A stretch of DNA of 45,201 bases. Origin: Escherichia phage PC2. The stretch lies in sequence record NC_073088. The stretch is one strand, 5' to 3'. Position 1 is the stretch's first letter. Each line of letters begins with the position of its first letter. Made by a program: the position numbers and the translations under genes. Shown one piece after another: positions 18,417 to 27,016 of the stretch. The notes below the pieces were generated by a model. The model had not been told where the DNA came from. It made no database searches and saw only the letters and a program-made list of their open reading frames with translations.

Positions 18417-21036
18417 CCGGTTTCGTCGCCTTCACGATCTCGGCCTTCACCGCCTCGGTGATTTGCTTGCCGAACGCCTGCGCGGTACGTGGGTCCGTCC
18501 CGCCAACACTGGTATCCGTCTTACCGGTCCCCGTGTAAACGTTAGTCGTCACGACCATACCACCGCCTGCGCCAGACGCGGCAACGCCCAGTTTCCCGTC
18601 CGGCCCGCGCTTCAGTGGCATGATGGCCTCGGGTCCAGCCTCACCCATCAACCCAGCGCCCTTAGCGAACGCCTGGACGCCATAACTGAAAAAGGTGGGC
18701 TGGCTTACCACCTGACCCGAATATGCCGCGAGATTGCCCCCTGCGAACGCTCCGCCGTCTGCATTCTTAGTGAGGCCCGAGAAGATAGCGCCGAACAATC
18801 CGTTTTTGCCGCCGTCACCACCGAAAGAGCTAACGATCGACTTGAACGCCTGCGAGGTAGCCAGCTTGATTAACTCGCTCAGGATGGATTTGACCATATC
18901 CTTCGCGTTAATCTTGCCCGTCTCGAAAAACTCGTTCATCGTGTCTTGCATAGCGCTGAATGTAAATTTCGTGAGCGACGCCATCTGCGTATATCCGTTA
19001 CCCATTTCATCCACGCTATCCTTAAGCCCGCGACTGAATCCATCCCATAGCGAGGCGTTAGCCCCGGTCTGCGCCTCCTGCACTTCCCGCAGCTTAGACA
19101 CCGCCTTGTCAATATCGGTATCGTTAGCGCCCACACGCTTCAGGCGGTCGATTAGCTGCAATTCTTCACGCAGGTTTGCCGCTTCTCGAGTGGAAAGCGC
19201 ATAGCCCGCGGCGGTGGCTTTTAGTTCGGCGTTCTGGTTCTTAACGAAGGCATCGATCTGCGCGTGCGCCTTAATCTGCTTCTCTTTCGCGTCCAGCAAT
19301 TTGGCTTCTTCGACGATCTGCTCGCGCACTTCCTTCACGCGTCCGAATTCGACCATCTGCTGCTTTTCTGCTGCCGTTAGCGCTCTTTCTTTGCTCGCAG
19401 CGATTAACTGCTCATTGTCGGCGATCAGCTTGTTTAAGGCCGCTTGAGCGCGTTGCGTGCGGGTCTGCGTAGACGCGTTGGCTTCGATCTGCTTGCCGGA
19501 TTCTCGAAGCTGGGCCAGTTCGCTCCGTGCGACTTCCAGCATTTTCATACCGGCATCCACGCGAACAGCCGCGGCCTTCTTCGGGGCGGGGTCTTTGTAA
19601 CGCTCGTTTACCTGCTTCACCGCCTCGGCAAGCTCTTTCTCATCAATAACGCCGCGCTTATTCAGCAAATTGAGGCGGGCGATCTCGTCTGCACGCTTCT
19701 TCGCGTTGGTTGCGTACTCCTTCTCGAACGCAGCGCGGTCGCGGGCGGTGCGGTTAGCCTCCTCGTTCGCCTTTGCGGATTCGTCTGCGGCGCGGGCGTT
19801 GTCTCGCTCCGCGCGGTTACGCAGGGTGAGCGACGCCACCACTTTTTCCTGGGCGACCAGTTCGCTGTAAAGCATGTTAATACGTGCTTTCTGCGCTTCA
19901 GTCATTACCCCACCGGCAGCGTTTACCGCTTTCATCTCGGCATAGTAAGCCGTGGTCATGCGCTGTAGTGATTCGCGTGCTTTCATCTCGGACTCATTGG
20001 AGGACTGCGCGCGGCCCACATCCAGGATGGCATCCCACATTGATTTGGCTGCCGATGTGACGACGTTCATCGACCGCTCAAGCGTACCCATGTTCGCCTT
20101 GATCTCATTGGTCATGCTGGTGAACGACGCAGCGGCTGTTTTGTTAGCCAACGCAACTGCGTCTGTCTCACGACCCGCATCAACGAGCGACTGTACCTGC
20201 TGGATCTGCGCTTCGTTTACGACGTGATACTTATCCGCCAGCGCACGCAGTCCGCCTACGGGGTCGGTTGACAGCTTCGCCACCGCCGCTACCACATCCT
20301 CGATCGGCTGGCTGGACACCTTCGCAAAGTCATTAACTACCTTAGCCAATGCGCCGAAGTCACCACCCGCTTTCACACCCGCCGCCGCCAGCGCCTGGAT
20401 TGTGTCACGCGTCTTGCGAAATGACCCGCCCATGCGCTCGGCGTTCTCGGACAGCACCAGGATCTGGTTAGCGGTGAGGCCGGAGATATTACCAGACAGC
20501 GCCAGCGTCTTATTAAGCGCCGCCACCTGGTTCTCTGCGCGGGTCGTAATTGCCACGCCCACGCCTAACGTCGCCGTTAATGCCGAAAGGCCGATCCCTA
20601 CTGGGCCGAGGAAGCCCGCAACATAACGCAGCGTGTTACCAAGTCCGCCAAATGCGCCGGTTAGCTGTGGTAGCTGCTGAAGCATGACGCGGTGCACCGG
20701 CATACCCATCTCAAGCGTAACCGCAATATCCTGCAACTGGAATGCGGCGTTCCTCGATGCGAATCCCAGGTTTTTGGTAGACATGCCTAATCGGCTGGCG
20801 AGTCGCTCCTGTTTCGTCATACCATCGGCGGCACGCTGCGATTCAGTCGCTAACTTTTCCATTCCGCCAGCGGCGTCGCCAGTAACCTTTTTCGACTTGC
20901 CGAGGGTGTCGTTTAATTTCTTTACTTTCTGTTCTGTGTTCTCGGATTTCTGCGCAAATGTGTCCAGCACAGTATTAGCCGTTTTAATTTGCGCGACGTC
21001 CGCCTTGAGCGTGATGCCCGCTGCCTGATCTGCCAT
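18394..21036 (-). CDS. Tail tape measure protein
   Basis: 880 aa, largely alpha-helical Ala/Lys/Glu-rich with hydrophobic segments; RBS AAGGGGGA. Confidence 0.9.
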   Translation of the reverse strand: MADQAAGITLKADVAQIKTANTVLDTFAQKSENTEQKVKKLNDTLGKSKKVTGDAAGGMEKLATESQRAADGMTKQERLASRLGMSTKNLGFASRNAAFQLQDIAVTLEMGMPVHRVMLQQLPQLTGAFGGLGNTLRYVAGFLGPVGIGLSALTATLGVGVAITTRAENQVAALNKTLALSGNISGLTANQILVLSENAERMGGSFRKTRDTIQALAAAGVKAGGDFGALAKVVNDFAKVSSQPIEDVVAAVAKLSTDPVGGLRALADKYHVVNEAQIQQVQSLVDAGRETDAVALANKTAAASFTSMTNEIKANMGTLERSMNVVTSAAKSMWDAILDVGRAQSSNESEMKARESLQRMTTAYYAEMKAVNAAGGVMTEAQKARINMLYSELVAQEKVVASLTLRNRAERDNARAADESAKANEEANRTARDRAAFEKEYATNAKKRADEIARLNLLNKRGVIDEKELAEAVKQVNERYKDPAPKKAAAVRVDAGMKMLEVARSELAQLRESGKQIEANASTQTRTQRAQAALNKLIADNEQLIAASKERALTAAEKQQMVEFGRVKEVREQIVEEAKLLDAKEKQIKAHAQIDAFVKNQNAELKATAAGYALSTREAANLREELQLIDRLKRVGANDTDIDKAVSKLREVQEAQTGANASLWDGFSRGLKDSVDEMGNGYTQMASLTKFTFSAMQDTMNEFFETGKINAKDMVKSILSELIKLATSQAFKSIVSSFGGDGGKNGLFGAIFSGLTKNADGGAFAGGNLAAYSGQVVSQPTFFSYGVQAFAKGAGLMGEAGPEAIMPLKRGPDGKLGVAASGAGGGMVVTTNVYTGTGKTDTSVGGTDPRTAQAFGKQITEAVKAEIVKATKPGGVLYKR

Positions 21037-21104
21037 TATGCAGTCCCCCTTTTTATGCAGTTGCCGTCGGTCATTGTATCAGCGAATTTAAAACAAACCT
21101 TATT

Positions 21105-21270
21105 CAGTCTCAGACGAGGGGGGCCAATGACCCCCGTCTAGTCTGAAAGACTGGGCTTTGTCCCGCCTGTCCCGATCGGCTAAAACCAGCGGCAGCACTG
21201 GCGGGGACAGGGGTGCTGTCCCGCTTTGTCCCGACCCATTCTGTCCCGCTTTTTGTCCCGCTTACTTTAT
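21105..21270. repeat. Copy A of the 166-bp GTCCCGC-repeat / hairpin element
   Basis: Aligns block-for-block with 38166-38331; contains the perfect palindrome GCGGGACAG-GGGTG-CTGTCCCGC and six GTCCCG units. Confidence 0.85.
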
Positions 21271-21300
21271 GCACGAAAACTGAATAGATATTCACATTTT

Positions 21301-21430
21301 GGGGGCGGGACAGATCGGGACAGCACCCCTGTCCGCTTTTAATTTATGCAATGCTGGTGGGTAAATATGCAGTTTTTAAAGGTGCGGGATAGAACGGGAC
21401 AAAACGGGACGTCCCGCCTGTCCCGCTCCG
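21301..21430. repeat. Second cluster of GGGACA / GTCCCGC units adjoining copy A
   Basis: GGGCGGGACAGATCGGGACAGCACCCCTGTCCGC and GCGGGATAGAACGGGACAAAACGGGACGTCCCGCCTGTCCCGC; in inverted orientation to the copy A units, across an AT-rich spacer (about 21271-21300). Confidence 0.7.
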
Positions 21431-21754
21431 TTATGCGGGGTTCTGCCGCGCCATTTCATCCAGCGCAACGCGTTCCATTAGCTTGATATCTTTAAACGCA
21501 CGTTGCGCGTTTTCGATGCCGTGCATCTTAAATAGCCATTCCAGTACGCCATAGTCGATGCCGTATGCCCCGCCAAATCCGGTACGCCATTGCGTGGAGC
21601 AATCTGTGAAGACTGCGACTACCTTCGCGTTGTCGGGCCACAGCGCAACGGGTGGACACACGTCTTCAGGTGTCGCACCCCATAAACTCGCGGCTAAATC
21701 TTCGGAGGGTGGCGGCGGGCCATAAAAGCGTCGCGCCGCCTCAATTAGTTTTTT
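21431..21754 (-). CDS. T-like extension of the tail assembly chaperone, reached only by -1 frameshift from G (G-T fusion)
   Basis: The -1 frame stays open from the heptamer (21754-21748) to the TAA at 21433-21431 with no in-frame start near its 5' end; fused product about 229 aa. Confidence 0.75.
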   Translation of the reverse strand, partial: KKLIEAARRFYGPPPPSEDLAASLWGATPEDVCPPVALWPDNAKVVAVFTDCSTQWRTGFGGAYGIDYGVLEWLFKMHGIENAQRAFKDIKLMERVALDEMARQNPA

Positions 21755-22107
21755 TCACGCAATCCCATCAGTTCGAGATAGTACGAAGTGTGGAACACGC
21801 CGAACGCGCGCGGATAGTTGACCACCAGGCGGCGGACGTTCTCCGCGTTAAATTCGTCCGGCAGATTCCAGCCTTCTGCGACGTGCATGATGGCCTCGAC
21901 CATAACGTTAAAGCCGTCCGGGTCATTGTCGTCATATTCCGACAACTTGCGCTCAGTATCCTGCATGGTCTGCGAAAATTCGTCTATAGGGCGGTGGCGC
22001 ACGGTGAACGTCATTTTGCCTGGTTCGTTTTCGCCGGGGCGCGGGATTTCAATCGGCAGCTTAAAAGTCGGCTTAGGGTCAAGTGTAAAGAGTGGTGCTT
22101 TAGCCAT
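21745..22107 (-). CDS. Tail assembly chaperone, lambda G-like
   Basis: 120 aa from ATG 22107 (RBS GGAGA 7 nt upstream; the ORF track opens at TTG 22122); ends ...MGLREKN* at the slippery heptamer. Confidence 0.8.
   Translation of the reverse strand: MAKAPLFTLDPKPTFKLPIEIPRPGENEPGKMTFTVRHRPIDEFSQTMQDTERKLSEYDDNDPDGFNVMVEAIMHVAEGWNLPDEFNAENVRRLVVNYPRAFGVFHTSYYLELMGLREKN
21748..21754 (-). other. Programmed -1 ribosomal frameshift slippery heptamer A AAA AAC
   Basis: Minus strand reads CGT GAA AAA AAC TAA in the G frame; A_AAA_AAC lies 3 nt before the G stop; -1 frame continues KKLIEAARRFYGPPPP... Confidence 0.8.
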
Positions 22108-22123
22108 TGTAGTATTCTCCAAT

Positions 22124-22146
22124 AAAAAAGGGGCCGTACTGGCCCC
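22124..22146 (-). terminator. Strong intrinsic terminator after the major tail protein gene
   Basis: Minus strand GGGGCC-AGTAC-GGCCCC followed by TTTTTT, just upstream of the G chaperone RBS. Confidence 0.8.
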
Positions 22147-22176
22147 ATATTAACACCCGCTATTTAAGCGACCAAA

Positions 22177-22902
22177 TTACGACAGCGCTTCAACCAGGTC
22201 CTTACGGTAAATAACCATATCGGATTGCATGGTCAGAGTGGACTTCACCGTCTCCACGTTGTTTACTTCAGCCGATGGAATCTTCTGGAAAGACACCTTA
22301 GCCGGGTAAATGCGGATCTCACCTTTGCCGCTTGCCGCTGCCGGGTTGGTGAACTTAATCACAGTGGTTTTCTGTGTGTCGTCCAGGTCTTCCAGAATCG
22401 GGCGGATCGGGTCTTCTTCGTCGTGGGTGAAAGTGTAGGTCTGGACCAACGGGTTTCTCGTGGTGTTCAGACTGATCGCGGTATTCACCTGCAACGGCTG
22501 GAAGGTGGTGGTCTGCTGGTCGCCACCCGACACGGCAACGTTAGTGATATACGGGAAGTCGATAAAATTCGACACTTTCACCACTTCGCCTGGGGTTCCC
22601 GCCCCAAAAGCACCGGCAGGATATTTGGTGACGTCCGAGGTGTCGAAGCGCGCCAGCGTAACGTCGTTAGTCGCCACTTTACCCACGATGAACGCGCGGT
22701 TCCGCGCACGGACCCACGGGGTTTTAGTGAACATAACCACGTCACCAACTTTCAAGCCATGAGAAGCCGCGCAGGAGATAACGCACCCTTTCGTAAGATC
22801 AGAGATCGACGCGGCGGCGTTGGTAGCTGCCGTAACAGCGATACCTTTGCCAAGTACGGACCCAATCTGGACGCTAGACCCGTTAGGAAGTTGATAACCC
22901 AT
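22177..22902 (-). CDS. Major tail protein
   Basis: 241 aa immediately upstream of G/G-T; followed by a strong intrinsic terminator, as expected for a high-copy tube protein. Confidence 0.75.
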   Translation of the reverse strand: MGYQLPNGSSVQIGSVLGKGIAVTAATNAAASISDLTKGCVISCAASHGLKVGDVVMFTKTPWVRARNRAFIVGKVATNDVTLARFDTSDVTKYPAGAFGAGTPGEVVKVSNFIDFPYITNVAVSGGDQQTTTFQPLQVNTAISLNTTRNPLVQTYTFTHDEEDPIRPILEDLDDTQKTTVIKFTNPAAASGKGEIRIYPAKVSFQKIPSAEVNNVETVKSTLTMQSDMVIYRKDLVEALS

Positions 22903-22963
22903 AATGAACGCTCCTGTTTAGATATACGGTTCAATGATACAGCACGCGCAGAATAGCGCCAAA

Positions 22964-23386
22964 TCAGGCGCAACATGTGTAGGGGACTGTAACCACGATG
23001 CGGGCGCGGTCAACGTCCTCGACCACCGAACTGGTGTATGGCGCGTCCTGAAGCTGGAATGCAGCGCCGGAAATCTTTACCGCCAGCCACTTATCCGACG
23101 TAGCGATGGCGTCCGCCAGTTCGCTCGCGTACTGTGTGCCCGTACCCGCGGGGAACACCACAGCAACCTGATAAACGCCAGCATAGATTCGCCCCTTTTG
23201 CTGGAAGCCCACAAACTGGGTCGGTGCCGGTAGTAGGTACGGCTCCAGGTAGACACCACTTCCGTTTGCGTGGCCCCCTTGCACGTTCTCCCAGTTAACA
23301 AGTATCGGTCGCTGGCTGGTGCTCAGGCTTACCGATAAATCCTCCACCACGCGGTTAAGCGCCTTGCGGATTAGAGTATTGCTCAT
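22964..23386 (-). CDS. Tail terminator / tail completion protein
   Basis: 140 aa between head-tail genes and the major tail protein; assigned by synteny. Confidence 0.5.
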   Translation of the reverse strand: MSNTLIRKALNRVVEDLSVSLSTSQRPILVNWENVQGGHANGSGVYLEPYLLPAPTQFVGFQQKGRIYAGVYQVAVVFPAGTGTQYASELADAIATSDKWLAVKISGAAFQLQDAPYTSSVVEDVDRARIVVTVPYTCCA

Positions 23387-23979
23387 TATTTCACCTTCGA
23401 ATTAATTTCTGCCGCTACTACGCGAACAATCCCAGCGGGCGCTTGTTTACTCCAGCCATACTCCAGGCGCTGCGCGTACGGCACGTTGTTAGTAAACCAG
23501 ATCGACCCGTATTCACTCGAATCGTAGTGCGCCAGCACTTCACGCCCCGCGGCTAATGTTGCCGTTCCTGCCTTATCCACGCGGGCAATAGCGCCGACAG
23601 CCGGGCGGTCAAACGTAACCTGCCAGTTACCACGGAAGCGCCCGCCGGTGTAATTCTTCGCGGCCCAGCCACGCTGGCGGAACGTGACGTTGCCGTTTTT
23701 AGTCTTGAATGATACCAGCACACTGGCGTGCTTCTTCTGCCCGCGCTTCAGTTTTCCACCATTCTTGCGACGCTGTGCGGCGTTCACCTTGTTCGCGCGC
23801 TGGCGGGCCAGCGCGTAAGCCCTGTTAATTTTCCACCGGCGGGGGTCGCCCACCGGGGAGATCTCGATCAGGCGTCCAAGTATTTGCATACCGTACGCCC
23901 GCACCGCCTTGTCGTTGTTCTCCTTCGTCTTATCCACCCACGTTGCAATAGTGGCGGCGAATGAGTAGACCTCAGCCAC
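23386..23979 (-). CDS. Neck / tail-component protein
   Basis: 197 aa; assigned by synteny; overlaps neighbours by 1-4 nt. Confidence 0.45.
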   Translation of the reverse strand: MAEVYSFAATIATWVDKTKENNDKAVRAYGMQILGRLIEISPVGDPRRWKINRAYALARQRANKVNAAQRRKNGGKLKRGQKKHASVLVSFKTKNGNVTFRQRGWAAKNYTGGRFRGNWQVTFDRPAVGAIARVDKAGTATLAAGREVLAHYDSSEYGSIWFTNNVPYAQRLEYGWSKQAPAGIVRVVAAEINSKVK

Positions 23980-23980
23980 G

Positions 23981-24340
23981 TTAACCCCTTAGCTGTAGTT
24001 GAAACAGCATGGTTGTTCCAGCCGGTTGCAGTGGGTTTGGATTGACGACCCGGTAGTCTGTATTGTTCAGGCTAACCAAATCCCCGACCTGCACCGTCTT
24101 TACTGCCTGGCACAAAAACTTCACATCCCCGGCAACGATACGCGTCCCGTCGATCTCGCTTGGCTTGTACTCCTCGCGAAGTCCGATGACGTCAAACGAG
24201 GTCGGAGGGATGACAACTTCGTCGCCGTCTACGCGGTCGACTGTACCAGGACGCGTCACCGTAGCCGTCATTCCGAACTTTTTAATCAGCGGATTGACTT
24301 TCCGCTTCAAGCCAGCGTAATTAAAGCCCGCCATTATCAT
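23981..24340 (-). CDS. Head-tail adaptor / head closure protein
   Basis: 119 aa; assigned by synteny. Confidence 0.45.
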   Translation of the reverse strand: MIMAGFNYAGLKRKVNPLIKKFGMTATVTRPGTVDRVDGDEVVIPPTSFDVIGLREEYKPSEIDGTRIVAGDVKFLCQAVKTVQVGDLVSLNNTDYRVVNPNPLQPAGTTMLFQLQLRG

Positions 24341-24437
24341 CCTCCTGTACCGGTGGTTCCGGTTCTGGCGCTGGTTCCGGTTCTGGTTGGCGTTTAGTAT
24401 TTGCGGCTATAATAGCCGCCAGTAATGCAGGATTCAT
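24321..24437 (-). CDS. Small Pro/Glu-repeat ORF bridging two head-tail genes
   Basis: 38 aa (MNPALLAAIIAANTKRQPEPEPAPEPEPPVQEDDNGGL); GGGGG 4 nt upstream of ATG; overlaps both neighbours; may not be expressed. Confidence 0.25.
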   Translation of the reverse strand: MNPALLAAIIAANTKRQPEPEPAPEPEPPVQEDDNGGL

Positions 24438-24438
24438 A

Positions 24439-24939
24439 TCACCCCCGGAATACGTCAAAATTACCCGCTGCGTTGCCGTCTGTGTCAATCCAGTGTCCCA
24501 GCAAGCCATCCCACCACGGGAACGAAACACCGCTACCAATCGTCGCAGGGTCATATTCCATCGTGATCGGGCCAACAGTTTCGCGGATAGTCTCCTTACC
24601 ACTGCCAACCGGAGAAATATCGACCTCGTCCGCCACTAACATCGCCAACCTGTAAACGGCTTGCTCAACGGCAACGGGGATTGATGCGAAGTCTACGATT
24701 TGCCCTGCAGGCACTACTGCCAAAACTTCAGTGAGCGTGTCGCGCACCGGCTTACCGTCCGACTGGTAATTAAGGCGGGGCCATGCGTCGATGCCGGTCT
24801 GGTCTGCGGGTTCGCCGATCCAGTTGATGCCGTTAAGGAAGTCATTAACGACGGTGAGGTGTCGCGTTGCATCGCTCAGCGTGACTTCAACGCCTCGCGC
24901 CGCGGCATAATCGACAAATGTTTGCGGGTCGCCATACAT
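24439..24939 (-). CDS. Head-tail connector (gp6-like) protein
   Basis: 166 aa from ATG 24939 (RBS AGGAG); the track's upstream ATG at 24969 lies inside the terminator hairpin loop. Confidence 0.5.
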   Translation of the reverse strand: MYGDPQTFVDYAAARGVEVTLSDATRHLTVVNDFLNGINWIGEPADQTGIDAWPRLNYQSDGKPVRDTLTEVLAVVPAGQIVDFASIPVAVEQAVYRLAMLVADEVDISPVGSGKETIRETVGPITMEYDPATIGSGVSFPWWDGLLGHWIDTDGNAAGNFDVFRG

Positions 24940-24954
24940 TTCATTCACTCCTAT

Positions 24955-24978
24955 AAAAAAGGCGGGCATAAGCCCGCC
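24955..24978 (-). terminator. Strong intrinsic terminator after the major capsid gene
   Basis: Minus strand GGCGGGC-TTAT-GCCCGCC followed by TTTTTT. Confidence 0.8.
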
Positions 24979-24997
24979 CCTTTGGGATTTGCGCCTG

Positions 24998-26098
24998 TTA
25001 AGACGCGGTTGTCGCAGTCAGCGTAACCAGTACGCCAGCCGTTTCCTTGATGTGACGGGTCGGCACTTCCTGTGCGGCCTGGGTCTTACGACGGCCTTTA
25101 GTATCGCCGTCACCAACAGCGCCAACATCCTGAACGGTTGCCGGTGCGTTGTCTACCTGGCCCTGATCCAGTTCCCAGTTAGCGGAAGTGGTGATGTCGG
25201 ACAGTTTGAACGAGCGAACGCCTTCGACCGGGGTACGAGCGGACGCCTTCAGACGATAGCCTTTAACAGCCACGTTGAAGTCGAACTCGCCCTGCCACCA
25301 GCGCTCAATGTTCTCGTTACCGCCTTTTTCCTGCGCCAGCATATCAAGGCCGTTGGTGGTAACTGCAACCGCGCCAGGGACCAGGCCCAGCATTTTACCC
25401 GCGCCCATCGCATCACCCGCGGCATCGGAGATAATGAAACGGCGGCCCAGGCCGTCGCCCATTACCTGCAGATCGCCGATCGCGAATACCTGCTCGGCAG
25501 ATGGGAGCGCCTGGTATGCGATGAAGTTTGCCCAGGTAACGCCGTCCATAAACCAGGATTTAATCAAAGACGCCTGATCGCCGAACTTAGAAGCCGCCAG
25601 CGGGAAGTCTGCCAGGGTCGGGAAGGTACGACCGCCAACGCCGTCAACGCGCGCCGGTTGGGTGTAGTTTGCCGCTGCGTTGCTTTCGATAGCCGCTTTG
25701 CCCGCACCGATACCCGCTTTCAGGTAGTGCAGCATAATCGCTTGAGTAGCCTGCGCCGCAATCTCAGCCGCAACGCTGTTAACGTTGGTTTCGATCTTAG
25801 CCATCATGGCCTTAGTGATCGCCACCGGACCCACTTTCGCGGACAGGTTAACGGAGTTGGTCAGCATACGCGCCAGCACTTTTGCGGTCGCCGGAGTACC
25901 AACAGGGGCATAGGCGTTACGGTCGGTAACGAGGTTGGCGATCAAGCCTACGGACATTTTTTCTACAACGTCCTTCAGCACTTCACCCGTACCGAGAACA
26001 ACAGCGCCGTTAGCGGCAGCGTTGAACACGTTCAGGTTATCGGGAATCATTTGCGTAACCGCGGTGACGAGTTTACGCTGGAACACTGTTAAAGACAT
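24998..26098 (-). CDS. Major capsid protein
   Basis: 366 aa downstream of scaffold; followed by a strong terminator. Confidence 0.8.
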   Translation of the reverse strand: MSLTVFQRKLVTAVTQMIPDNLNVFNAAANGAVVLGTGEVLKDVVEKMSVGLIANLVTDRNAYAPVGTPATAKVLARMLTNSVNLSAKVGPVAITKAMMAKIETNVNSVAAEIAAQATQAIMLHYLKAGIGAGKAAIESNAAANYTQPARVDGVGGRTFPTLADFPLAASKFGDQASLIKSWFMDGVTWANFIAYQALPSAEQVFAIGDLQVMGDGLGRRFIISDAAGDAMGAGKMLGLVPGAVAVTTNGLDMLAQEKGGNENIERWWQGEFDFNVAVKGYRLKASARTPVEGVRSFKLSDITTSANWELDQGQVDNAPATVQDVGAVGDGDTKGRRKTQAAQEVPTRHIKETAGVLVTLTATTAS

Positions 26099-26169
26099 AT
26101 AGGAATCCTTTGAGTTGTGAGCATTAGCCCAGTACCGTTAATGTTACCTTAGATTTACGCGCTCGCAAA

Positions 26170-26191
26170 ATTGCCCGCTTTCGCGGGCAAT
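26170..26191 (-). terminator. Hairpin after the scaffold gene (terminator or processing site)
   Basis: ATTGCCCGC-TTTC-GCGGGCAAT, 9-bp stem; minus strand continues TTTTGCG. Confidence 0.5.
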
Positions 26192-26195
26192 TTGC

Positions 26196-26897
26196 TTACT
26201 CGTCGCCCATTTTAGCGATGATTTCACCCGCCTGTTTCGTCAGGTCGGTGATGCCAAAGCTGTGGCCCATAGTTATTTTAGACTTCGCATCCTCGACGAC
26301 CTGCGTCGGTTTGCTCGGCGCACCACCGGCTGGCGTGCCTGCCAGGACGGATGCAAAATCGGCGTTATTACGGAACTCTTTTTCAAGCTCTTCCATAGTC
26401 AGCGCGGACGGTTTGCCATCCTGCAAGACACGCACTTTTAAGCTGCCGTCTTCGCCGTCTTCCAGCGTGAGGCGGTCCATAACGTGGCGTTGCATGATGC
26501 CAGCATTCTTTCCGAATAGCTTCGATGCCAGGTCTTTGGCAGCGCTGCCGATGGTTAGATCGTGGATCTGCTTGCGGTAGGCTTCGATTTTTCCCGATGT
26601 GTCTGCTTCGTGTTTTGCAAACTTATCTTTCCAGGACTTGTCGATCGCTTCGAGGTCGCCATTTTTGCGCGCGGCGGCTTCCTCTTTCTCTTTCGCAAGG
26701 CGCTCGGCTTCGGCGCGGCGTTCAGCTTCTGCTTTCTTCTCGCTCACCAGCTTCGCGTTGTTGTCTTTCAGACCCTTGATCTCCGCCTGTACTTCTTCGG
26801 CGGTCATGAACGTGGATTTATACCCATCGCCATCAGCAACAAATAAAGCCTTCATGCCTTCTGGCAACGCGTCATATTCTGCTTTAGTAAGTTTCAT
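26196..26897 (-). CDS. Head scaffolding protein
   Basis: 233 aa from ATG 26897 (RBS GGGGGA); Ala/Glu/Lys-rich coiled-coil (KKAEAERRAEAERLAKEKEEAAARK); immediately upstream of the capsid gene. Confidence 0.55.
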   Translation of the reverse strand: MKLTKAEYDALPEGMKALFVADGDGYKSTFMTAEEVQAEIKGLKDNNAKLVSEKKAEAERRAEAERLAKEKEEAAARKNGDLEAIDKSWKDKFAKHEADTSGKIEAYRKQIHDLTIGSAAKDLASKLFGKNAGIMQRHVMDRLTLEDGEDGSLKVRVLQDGKPSALTMEELEKEFRNNADFASVLAGTPAGGAPSKPTQVVEDAKSKITMGHSFGITDLTKQAGEIIAKMGDE

Positions 26898-26986
26898 GCT
26901 ATCCCCCTGGGATTGTGGCAAAGCGGGCCACCCGCTTGACTTCACGCCTTAATATTATCAGCGATAAAAATAATCGCAAAATTCGC

Positions 26987-27016
26987 TTGCATTGCGAATG
27001 TTGGTTGCAGTATATT
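26987..27016 (+). promoter_or_regulatory. Sigma70-type promoter (TTGCAT-N18-TATATT) for the moron cassette, with overlapping palindrome
   Basis: Hexamers read directly; ATTGGTTGCACACCAAC at 27014-27030 overlaps the -10; AT-rich upstream region. Confidence 0.55.

Noticed and set aside
21110-21295. 61-aa minus-strand ORF inside repeat copy A, with a similar 84-aa ORF (38171-38425) inside copy B
   Set aside because: The two peptides match only where the DNA repeat blocks coincide and differ across the variable spacers, so the similarity is a by-product of the DNA repeat. Equal ORF length in both copies leaves a small doubt.
21105-21430. Possible CRISPR array suggested by the many short direct repeats
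   Set aside because: Repeat units are only 7-9 bp with irregular spacers of 2-10 bp; no spacer-sized unique segments and no cas genes.
24989-26092. 367-aa plus-strand ORF
   Set aside because: Lies wholly antisense to the major capsid gene; Arg/Gly/Cys-rich translation typical of a shadow ORF in GC-rich coding DNA; no RBS.
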